Below, piece after piece: positions 29,170 through 36,568 of a stretch of DNA of 64,000 nt (position 1 is the stretch's first letter; every line of letters begins with the position of its first letter). The translations under genes and the position numbers were made by a program. Source of the stretch: Myxococcota bacterium (GTDB taxonomy: Bacteria; Myxococcota_A; UBA9160; SZUA-336); NCBI GenBank assembly GCA_965247115.1, contig CBDFGR010000003.1:544001-608000 (forward strand). The letters are read 5' to 3'. A model generated the notes under the pieces. The model was not told where the DNA came from. It was given only the letters and a program-made list of their open reading frames with translations, and did not search any database.

Positions 29170-30344
29170 GGCCCGACGCGTGGCTCGACCTCCGGGTCCT
29201 GGTGACCGTCGGCACGGGCGGGGTGGGGAAGACAACGGTCAGCGCCGCCATCGGGCTCGAGGCTGCACGCCGCGGCAAAAGAACTCTGGTCATGACGATC
29301 GATCCCGCCCGCCGCCTGGCAGATGCTCTGGGTGTGGATGGGCTCGGCCACGAGCCCCGGCGGCTACCTCACTTGCAGCCTGGTGAGCGCGAAGGCGCTG
29401 GGGCCGGGTCGCTGGACGCGATGATGCTCGACACGAAGCGGACCTTCGACGAGCTGGTCACACGCCTCTCCCCGGATAAGGAGTCTCGCGAGCGGATCTT
29501 CGCCAACCCGATCTACCGCAACCTGACGGACGCTCTCGCGGGCAGTCGTGAGTACTCGGCGATGGCGAAGCTACACCAGCTTCACCGCGACGCCGCCTAC
29601 GATCTGATCATCGTCGATACGCCGCCGGCGAGTCACGCGCTCGACTTCCTCGACACCCCACGCAGGCTCAGCAGCTTTCTCGACAGTGGTTTTCTGAAAG
29701 TCCTTCTTCACCCCGCCGCCGCAGTCGGGCGAACCGGCTTCCGCTTGTTTCGCGTCGGCTCTGAGCTCGTGCTCCGAGCCCTCGAGCGCATCAGCGGGAT
29801 CGAATTCCTTTCCACGATGTCGGAATTCCTCGTGGCGTTCGAGGCGATGCTCGAGGGCTTCATGAAGCAGGGCCAGGAGGTCGAACGTCTGCTGCGAGAT
29901 CCCGCGTGTGGCTTCGTTCTGGTAGTTGGACCGGACGCGGAGCAGGCCCGGCGAGCTCACTCGTTCTGGCAGCGGCTCGAAGCCGAGCGGCTGCGGATGG
30001 CAGGAGTGGTCTTGAACCGCGTACACGTCTGGTCGGAGGGCGCAGCGCCACCGCCCCAGGAGAAAGCAGAGCGACTGCAAGCGGTCGAGTGGGTACGCAA
30101 GGAGCTCGCGGAGCGAGGGTACGAGCCCGGTTGCGGCGATGTCGCGGAAGCCCTGATCGCGACTTCGGAGCGACAGGCAGCGCTGGCTCGACGGGACGCC
30201 GCGGTGCTCCGGGTACTCGAAGAGGCGCTCCCGCTGGAGCGCGCAGAGGTGCGCTTGATCCCGCTCTTCGCCGAGGACGTCCACACCCTCGATACCCTGG
30301 AATGGATGGGAGAGAGAATTTTCAGCGAGGCTGGCGATGCCTGA
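29166..30344 (+). CDS. ArsA/Get3-family ATPase, single domain, second of a pair
   Basis: GTGGVGKTT, TIDPARRLADALG, GSREYSAM, VDTPPASHALDFL. Confidence 0.88.
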   Translation: MRPDAWLDLRVLVTVGTGGVGKTTVSAAIGLEAARRGKRTLVMTIDPARRLADALGVDGLGHEPRRLPHLQPGEREGAGAGSLDAMMLDTKRTFDELVTRLSPDKESRERIFANPIYRNLTDALAGSREYSAMAKLHQLHRDAAYDLIIVDTPPASHALDFLDTPRRLSSFLDSGFLKVLLHPAAAVGRTGFRLFRVGSELVLRALERISGIEFLSTMSEFLVAFEAMLEGFMKQGQEVERLLRDPACGFVLVVGPDAEQARRAHSFWQRLEAERLRMAGVVLNRVHVWSEGAAPPPQEKAERLQAVEWVRKELAERGYEPGCGDVAEALIATSERQAALARRDAAVLRVLEEALPLERAEVRLIPLFAEDVHTLDTLEWMGERIFSEAGDA

Positions 30345-30684
30345 ACACCCCCCGCTGCTGCTCGAGCTGGCACGCGCAGTCGACGAGCTGCTCCAGGCCG
30401 CTGCGCGCGCCAGCTCGGACCTGCGCGGCCGGGCGAAGACCGGCGCAGGGCCCTACGGCTCGACCCGACTGGCCGAGCTTCTCGCCCGTACGCTCGACCA
30501 GGTGGAGGGGCCGGCCCTCGCCTCGCTGCGCCGCGGACTGCGCCAGGAGCAGCAGCGCTGGGCCGCACGCGCCGCCCGCGATCCGAGCGCAGCACGCGTT
30601 CGCGATGTGATCGCAGCTGTGCTTACGGTGCTGGAGCCCGACCCGAGTGGACCGTGCGAAGCCCGTGGACGCAGGACGCCTTGA
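30337..30684 (+). CDS. Hypothetical protein
   Basis: Overlaps the upstream stop; helical Ala/Leu/Arg-rich ORF filling the gap before phaR. Confidence 0.55.
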   Translation: MPEHPPLLLELARAVDELLQAAARASSDLRGRAKTGAGPYGSTRLAELLARTLDQVEGPALASLRRGLRQEQQRWAARAARDPSAARVRDVIAAVLTVLEPDPSGPCEARGRRTP

Positions 30685-30726
30685 ACGTTTGACGGGCTGC
30701 GTCCGCGGGTGGATACTCGCAAGCCG

Positions 30727-31248
30727 ATGGCGGTACTGATCAAACGCTACGCGAATCGCAAGCTCTACAACACTGAGTCCAGCCGTTACATCACTCTCAA
30801 AGGCGTCTCTGAGCTCGTGCGTGAGGGCAAGGACATTCACGTCATCGACAACGAGTCGGGCGAAGAGATCACCCCAATCATCCTGTCGCAGATTCTCGTC
30901 GACGATCAGAAGCAGAACCGAGACAACACCGCGCTACCGGGTACGGTGCTCACGGAGCTGATCCAGCGCAGCGGCGACGCGCTCTACACCCTGTTCCGTC
31001 GTTCGATGACCGACGTGCAGGACAACATCACCGACGCGCGCCAGAACGTTCGGCGCTGGATGAACACGGACGAAGGCGAGTCCGCGATAGACGTATCCGA
31101 GATCTCTACGGCAGTTCACGAAGCCGTCGAGCGCGTTCTGCGCGTCATCGACCTCCCAACACGCGCGGACCTGGAGGCGTTGAACAAGAACCTCGAGCGC
31201 CTTACGGCCGCACTCGAGTCCTTCGATGCCCGCCTCGACTCTGACTAG
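30727..31248 (+). CDS. phaR: PHA synthesis regulator PhaR-like DNA-binding protein with a phasin-like C-terminus
   Basis: IKRYANRKLYNTESSRYITL, IDNESGEEIT...LSQIL; LPTRADLEAL. Confidence 0.88.
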   Translation: MAVLIKRYANRKLYNTESSRYITLKGVSELVREGKDIHVIDNESGEEITPIILSQILVDDQKQNRDNTALPGTVLTELIQRSGDALYTLFRRSMTDVQDNITDARQNVRRWMNTDEGESAIDVSEISTAVHEAVERVLRVIDLPTRADLEALNKNLERLTAALESFDARLDSD

Positions 31249-31260
31249 GTCTCGCTGAGT

Positions 31261-31436
31261 CTTGTGGGACCCGGCCGCGGGCGGCCGCGGCCACCCACCT
31301 ACGCTCGCCTACGGCTCGCTGCGCGCACCGCGTTCCGCGGCGCTTGCCTTGTGGGACCCGGCGCGCGAGCGGTCGCGCGCCACCCACCTACGCTCGCCTA
31401 CGGCTCGCTGCGCGCGCCGCGTTCCGCGGCGCTTGC
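31261..31436 (+). repeat. Two head-to-tail REP-like elements (31261-31347, 31348-31436)
   Basis: CTTGTGGGACCC-stem-GCGG-stem-ACCCACCTACGCTCGCCTACGGCTCGCTGCGCGC...CCGCGTTCCGCGGCGCTTGC twice. Confidence 0.9.
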
Positions 31437-31476
31437 GGGGTGCCCTGACGCGGGATGGGGTGCCCTGACGCGGGAT
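31437..31476 (+). repeat. 20-nt perfect direct repeat x2
   Basis: GGGGTGCCCTGACGCGGGAT twice, directly after the REP-like pair. Confidence 0.85.
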
Positions 31477-31519
31477 CGGGTGACGGTCGCTTCTGACGGT
31501 CGCTCTCTAGCAGGGGGTG

Positions 31520-32524
31520 CTAGCGGTCGGTTGCTAGTAGGGATTGGATGGTGGTGCGGACTTGTTCGCGGACTCGGTTTATGTAGAGGGGGTCGTCTGA
31601 GCGCTCGGGGGCGATGTTGTCGAAGGGGATGGGGGTGCCGAAGCGGATGCGCCACTGGCTGGGGAGGGGGACGAGGCCGAGTGGGCCCAGCATTGGGAAG
31701 GTTGGCGTCAGCGGGAGGGGGAAGCCGAGCAGCTGACGCGTGAGCGATGGAACCGCGAGTACGGGGTGGACCTCCTCCGCGCCCGTCACGCCCACCGGGA
31801 CCAACGCGGCTCGCCTACGTACCGCGAGCGAGACGAACTCGCCCCGACCGAAGCGCTGCAGCTTGTAGCGCTCGTGGTAAGGCTTGAGGGCGCCCCGTTG
31901 CCCCTCCGGAAAGGCCACGACCGAGTGGCCGCTCGCAAGCAGGCGGTCCGCGTTCTCTCGACAAGCGCGCACTCCACCGAGGCGGGCCAGGAGCGGCTGG
32001 GCAAACGGCAGCGTGGACAGCCAGTCGGCGACGAGAAAGCGCGGCCGGCGGCGCGTAGGGTGCTCGCGCGCCACGGCGTGCGCAATCATGAGACCGTCGT
32101 ACGGGAGCACGCCCGAGCGGTTCGCCACAAAAAGCACGGGCCCGCGGTCCGGAATTTCCCCGGCTCCCACGGCCCGGACGCGCCACCAGGTGTCGTACAG
32201 GAAGTCCAGAAGCACCCGAGCGCTCTCCACGTATTCGGGCTCGAGCCCGAACTCGTCGATGCTCTGGGAGGTGCATGCTCGTTCCCCTGCGAAGACCCTC
32301 CCGCGCAGCGCATCGTAGAGCTCGACCAGGCTCAGCTCTTCGAGCCGACGGCCGAGCCACGCGAAGACTCCGCCGGGAGGGTCCGACGCCTCGGCGGCGG
32401 GGTCGCCCACGGATCCGAAGCCGCGCTCGAGCTGCACGCGCAGCTCCGCGACGGAGGCGCGCAGCTCGTCCAGCTCCAGGCTCGACGAGCCGCGAGCCGG
32501 CCCGGGTTGCGGCTGGACGCTCAT
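31520..32524 (-). CDS. Lysophospholipid acyltransferase (LPLAT/MGAT-like)
   Basis: IDEFGL, FVANRSGVLPYDG, AFPEG, LVPVGVTGAEE; ATGA coupling to the epimerase gene. The usual NH-x4-D His reads NR here. Confidence 0.85.
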   Translation of the reverse strand: MSVQPQPGPARGSSSLELDELRASVAELRVQLERGFGSVGDPAAEASDPPGGVFAWLGRRLEELSLVELYDALRGRVFAGERACTSQSIDEFGLEPEYVESARVLLDFLYDTWWRVRAVGAGEIPDRGPVLFVANRSGVLPYDGLMIAHAVAREHPTRRRPRFLVADWLSTLPFAQPLLARLGGVRACRENADRLLASGHSVVAFPEGQRGALKPYHERYKLQRFGRGEFVSLAVRRRAALVPVGVTGAEEVHPVLAVPSLTRQLLGFPLPLTPTFPMLGPLGLVPLPSQWRIRFGTPIPFDNIAPERSDDPLYINRVREQVRTTIQSLLATDR

Positions 32525-33525
32525 CGGTACTTCCTGAGCTTGCGACTCACGACGAAGCTCATCCACGCCTCCTTGGTCGTGTACTCCGGCTCGAAGCCCA
32601 GCACGCTCCGCGCCCGCTCCGTATCGACGACCCAGAGGAAGCGAAGGTAGTCGTAGAATGCCGCAGGGGCGTCGCCCGTTCTCATCAGCGAGGTCAGGAA
32701 GTCGAGACGGTAGAGGAGTGGATGAGGCCAGGGGAGCGAGCTCTTGCCGGCAAGTCGCAGGAGCGTGGAGAGCGGCAGCACGCCAGCCCCAGCCAGGTTG
32801 AAGGGACCTGACGCATCCCGCGTCAGCGCGAGCTCGACCGCCCGCAGCAGATCCTCTTCGTGCAGGAGCTGCATCAGCGGGTCGTAGCCCAGCAGCGTCG
32901 TCACCCTGGCCCCGGAGAAGTGCCGAGCCACCGGCCCTTCGACTATCGGCCCCGCGACCCAGCACGGACGCAGCGACGTGACCACGAGCTGCGGGTGGCG
33001 CCTGGCGAAGATCCACAGCAGACCCTCCATCTCGGCCCGGTCCCGGACGGAGTGCGATGCGGGATGGGGGCGCAGACGCCGCTCCTCGCTGAGAAAGTTC
33101 GGGTTGTCCGGGTGGGCTCCGTAGACCTCCGCGCTGCTCACGACCACGAGCTTGTGCACGTCCGCTGCACCGCACGCGTTCATCACGTGTAGTGACCCGA
33201 TCAACTCGAGCTCGTGCGATCTCTCCACGTGGTGGGAGGGGTGCGTCAGGAAGGCGGCGTGCAACACCACCTCACAGCGCTCTTTCTCGAGGATCTCGGC
33301 GACGACCGCGTCCGCGGTCGGCTCCGCCAGGTCCACGCGGTGGAAGCGCACGCGCCCCTCGAGTCGGGCTGGCAGGCGCTGGTCGAGCGCGACCACCTCC
33401 ATGGCCGGTTCGAGCTCGCTCAGGCGTTCCGCCAGGCGGCCGCCGACAAAGGTCGCCAGTCCCGTGATCGCCACGCGCCTCGGTTGCTGGCCGGAGCTCA
33501 CGCAAGCGACATATGCGGAAGGCAC
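32521..33525 (-). CDS. NAD-dependent epimerase/dehydratase (extended SDR)
   Basis: ITGLATFVG, SSAEVYGAHPDNP, LGYDPLMQLLHEED. Confidence 0.85.
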   Translation of the reverse strand: MPSAYVACVSSGQQPRRVAITGLATFVGGRLAERLSELEPAMEVVALDQRLPARLEGRVRFHRVDLAEPTADAVVAEILEKERCEVVLHAAFLTHPSHHVERSHELELIGSLHVMNACGAADVHKLVVVSSAEVYGAHPDNPNFLSEERRLRPHPASHSVRDRAEMEGLLWIFARRHPQLVVTSLRPCWVAGPIVEGPVARHFSGARVTTLLGYDPLMQLLHEEDLLRAVELALTRDASGPFNLAGAGVLPLSTLLRLAGKSSLPWPHPLLYRLDFLTSLMRTGDAPAAFYDYLRFLWVVDTERARSVLGFEPEYTTKEAWMSFVVSRKLRKYR

Positions 33526-33579
33526 CGGGTGGTGTCAATCGCTAGAGTGAGGAATACGTATCCTGCCAGGCAAGCCCCC

Positions 33580-34632
33580 ATGTCAGACGGTCGCCCGCTA
33601 CTCGTTCGGCACCCGCGGTTTCGCGAGCATGCGCCCCGGGGATCCCACCCCGAGTGTCCCGAACGGCTCGATGCGATCGACCGCGCCCTGGAGCCACTGC
33701 AGGACGAGCTACGTGCGATCGAGCCTCGTCCCGCGACGGACGAGGAGGTCCTGCGCAGCCACAGCCGCTCGCACCTCGATGCGCTCAGCGCGCTCGAGGG
33801 GCGGGACGCCCGTATCGACCCCGACACCTACAGCTCGCCCCGTTCGCTGGAGGTCGCCAGGCTGGCAGCCGGCAGTCTGGCGGACGCGGCGCTCGCCGTC
33901 GCTCGGGGCGAGGCACCGAGCGCGTTCGCAGCCCTGCGACCGCCGGGTCATCACGCGGGGCAGACCCGCGCCATGGGCTTCTGCCTGCTCAACCACGTTG
34001 CGATCGCCGCCGAGGCCCTGCGACAGGAGGCCCGCCTGGAGCGGATCGCGATCGTCGACTGGGACGTGCACCACGGCAATGGCACACAGCAGCTGTTCGA
34101 GACCGAGAGGGACGTCCTCTACATCTCGACCCACCAGTATCCCTTCTATCCCGGAACAGGAGCGCTCGAGGAGCGGGGACTGGGGAAGGCCCTGGGTGCC
34201 ACCGTGAACCTGCCGCTTCCCGCCGGATCGGGCGATGCGGAGTACGGGCAAGTGTTCGACGAGCTGATCGTGCCAGTCCTGCTCGAGTTCCACCCCGAGC
34301 TGATCCTGGTCTCCGCAGGCTTCGACGCCCACAGCCGCGATCCCCTCGGATCCATGAACGTGACCACCGGTGCGTTCGGGCTGTTCACCGCACGCCTGCG
34401 CGCCGTCGCGGAGCAGGCGTGTGGAGGACGCCTGGTGATCGCGCTCGAGGGGGGCTACGACCTCAATGCCCTCGGCGCAAGCGTCGCCGAGGTGGCCGGA
34501 GTCCTGCTCGCTCCCGAGGTCCCTAGAGCCAGCTTTCCCTCGCCCTCCCCCGCTGGCCGTCGACTGGTGCAGACGTTTGCCCAGGCTCACGGCGCGCAGT
34601 GGCAGGATTTGGGCGGAGCAGGCCAACAGTGA
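33580..34632 (+). CDS. Histone-deacetylase/AcuC-family Zn deacetylase
   Basis: HPECPERL, RPPGHHA, GFCLLN, DWDVHHGNGTQ, SAGFDAH, LEGGY. Confidence 0.93.
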   Translation: MSDGRPLLVRHPRFREHAPRGSHPECPERLDAIDRALEPLQDELRAIEPRPATDEEVLRSHSRSHLDALSALEGRDARIDPDTYSSPRSLEVARLAAGSLADAALAVARGEAPSAFAALRPPGHHAGQTRAMGFCLLNHVAIAAEALRQEARLERIAIVDWDVHHGNGTQQLFETERDVLYISTHQYPFYPGTGALEERGLGKALGATVNLPLPAGSGDAEYGQVFDELIVPVLLEFHPELILVSAGFDAHSRDPLGSMNVTTGAFGLFTARLRAVAEQACGGRLVIALEGGYDLNALGASVAEVAGVLLAPEVPRASFPSPSPAGRRLVQTFAQAHGAQWQDLGGAGQQ

Positions 34633-34757
34633 GCGCCGTTGGTCGCGGACGCGCCCCATATGTTGGGGCTAGAGCTGTGGAGAACCCCTATATCCGGTAG
34701 CGCCCCAAAGGGCTCCCTGGGCTACACAGAAAGTGCTGAAAACATTGGATTTTCTGG

Positions 34758-34800
34758 TTGACGGTGGGCGGGAAAAGGGAGATAGTGGTGCCGAGTGGGA
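34758..34800 (+). promoter_or_regulatory. Pmra promoter with MraZ-box-like GTGG(G) repeats
   Basis: TTGACG-N17-GATAGT; GTGGG at 34764, AAGGG at 34775, GTGGT at 34785, GTGGG at 34795 (about 10-nt phasing). Confidence 0.65.
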
Positions 34801-34890
34801 ATGGGTCCCACCGGGCTCATGCGCTGACTGGGGGGGAGCGCTGGCCTTGTGGGGCCCCCTTCCCACCGGTTTGCGTGGGGGCGGGGCTGC

Positions 34891-35295
34891 GTGTTCTTCG
34901 GGAGTCACGAGCACGTACTTGACGACAAAGGTCGTACAAGCCTTCCAAAGGAGTTCAGGGACATCCTGAAGAGCCAGAAGGCCGACCCCTGGCTCACCGC
35001 TGGCGCCCACTGCCTGGCGATCTTTCCCAACGACCAGTTCGAGGAGATCAAGGCCAGGCTCACGGAAGACGCACTGCCCGCCGCGGAGATCGTGCGTCGG
35101 CAGCGCCTCGTGCTCGGGAATGCCGCCCGCTGCAGACTCGACGGGCAGGGCCGCATTCTCGTGCCGCAGACGCTTCGCAATCACGCGAGGCTGCAGCGAG
35201 ACATCGTGTTCGCGGGGCGCGGCACCCTCATCGAGGTCTGGGATCGCGCACTTTGGAGAACCGAGATGGATCTGGCGCGCTCGGAGACCGTGTGA
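34891..35295 (+). CDS. mraZ: Transcriptional regulator MraZ
   Basis: FFGSHEHVLDDKGRTSLP, LDGQGRILVP, IEVWD. Confidence 0.93.
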   Translation: MFFGSHEHVLDDKGRTSLPKEFRDILKSQKADPWLTAGAHCLAIFPNDQFEEIKARLTEDALPAAEIVRRQRLVLGNAARCRLDGQGRILVPQTLRNHARLQRDIVFAGRGTLIEVWDRALWRTEMDLARSETV

Positions 35296-35297
35296 GG

Positions 35298-36212
35298 ATG
35301 CTCCACATCCCCGTGATGCTGGAGCAAATCATCCGCCTCCTCCGTCCACGCCCGGGACAGGTCATCGTTGACGCCACGCTGGGCGCCGGCGGGCACGCAG
35401 GGCAGATTCTCGAGGAGCTGGGGCCCGACGGCCAGCTGATCGGGCTCGATCGCGACGCCGAAGTGCTGGAGCACGCCGGCATCCGTCTCAAACCCCACAG
35501 CGACTCCGCGACGCTCGTGCACGCACGTCTGTCCTTCCTCGCGGAGGTCGTTCGGGGTAGCGGCCGCGAGCAGGTCGACGGCGTGCTCATGGACCTGGGC
35601 GTCTCGTCCTTCCAGCTCGACGAGCTCGAGCGTGGCTTCAGCTTCCGAACAGGGGACGCTCCCGCTCCCCTCGACATGCGGATGGACCGGCGTTCCGGCG
35701 CGACTGCCGCCCAGCTCCTGGAACGCTGGGACGAGCCCGAGCTCGTAGACGTTCTGCGCGCGGGGGGAGTTCCCGCGCCGACCCGGATCGCCCGCGCGCT
35801 CCGCTCCGCGCAGCCACTCACGACCACGAGTGACCTGCTCGGCGCACTCGAAGGCGTCCGCCTGCCCAGGCGCCGACACCATCCTGCGACGCTCGTCTTC
35901 CAGGCGTTGCGCATGGCGGTCAACGAAGAGCTCGCGGAGCTCGAAGCGGGCCTCGAGGCGGCGCTAGACCTCCTCGCCCCAGGGGGGCGGCTCGCGGTTC
36001 TGAGCTACCACTCGGGAGAGGATCGACTCGTCAAGGGCTTCTTCGCTCGCGAGGCCAAGGGCTGCATCTGCCCACCCGATCTCCCGGTGTGCGGCTGTGG
36101 TCGCTCGTCGCGAGTGAAGATCGTGGCCCGAGGTGAGCAGGCGAGCGAAACCGAAGTGAGCGCCAACCCGCGGGCTCGCAGTGCCCGGATGCGCGGCGGA
36201 GAGCGAACCTGA
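35298..36212 (+). CDS. rsmH: 16S rRNA m4C1402 methyltransferase RsmH
   Basis: HIPVML, DATLGAGGHA, DLGVSSFQLD, SYHSGEDRLVK, NPRARSA. Confidence 0.95.
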   Translation: MLHIPVMLEQIIRLLRPRPGQVIVDATLGAGGHAGQILEELGPDGQLIGLDRDAEVLEHAGIRLKPHSDSATLVHARLSFLAEVVRGSGREQVDGVLMDLGVSSFQLDELERGFSFRTGDAPAPLDMRMDRRSGATAAQLLERWDEPELVDVLRAGGVPAPTRIARALRSAQPLTTTSDLLGALEGVRLPRRRHHPATLVFQALRMAVNEELAELEAGLEAALDLLAPGGRLAVLSYHSGEDRLVKGFFAREAKGCICPPDLPVCGCGRSSRVKIVARGEQASETEVSANPRARSARMRGGERT

Positions 36213-36568
36213 ACGCCAGGCTGCGCCGAAGCGGGTACGGCCTACGGGCGCTGCTGGCTGGCGTGCTTGGTGTCATCGTGGCTGCCGCCTGCCTCGTCGG
36301 CGCGCGCACGCAGATCACGTCGCTGCGCTACGAGCTGCAGAAATCGCGCAGCGCAGAGACCCAGCTTCGACGCGAAGTGGAGAGGCTCCGCATAGAGGCG
36401 GCCGTGCTGACCGCTCCGAAGCGACTCGAGGCACGCGCACTCGAGCTGGGCATGACCTACCCGCGCTCTGGGCAGGTCGTCTCGCTTGCGCCTTGCGGGA
36501 CCCGGCGCGCAAGCGTTCGCGGCGATTGCACGGGACCCGCCGGGCTCGGTAGTGGAGGCCCCCGGTGA
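36209..36568 (+). CDS. ftsL: Cell division protein FtsL; start uncertain (CTG 36209 or GTG 36263)
   Basis: Position between rsmH and ftsI; TM helix, coiled coil, APKRLEARALELGM. Confidence 0.78.
   Translation: MNARLRRSGYGLRALLAGVLGVIVAAACLVGARTQITSLRYELQKSRSAETQLRREVERLRIEAAVLTAPKRLEARALELGMTYPRSGQVVSLAPCGTRRASVRGDCTGPAGLGSGGPR

Noticed and set aside
28183..30344. Arsenic-resistance operon
   Set aside because: No arsR, arsB/acr3, arsC or arsD; the context is lipid/PHA-related.
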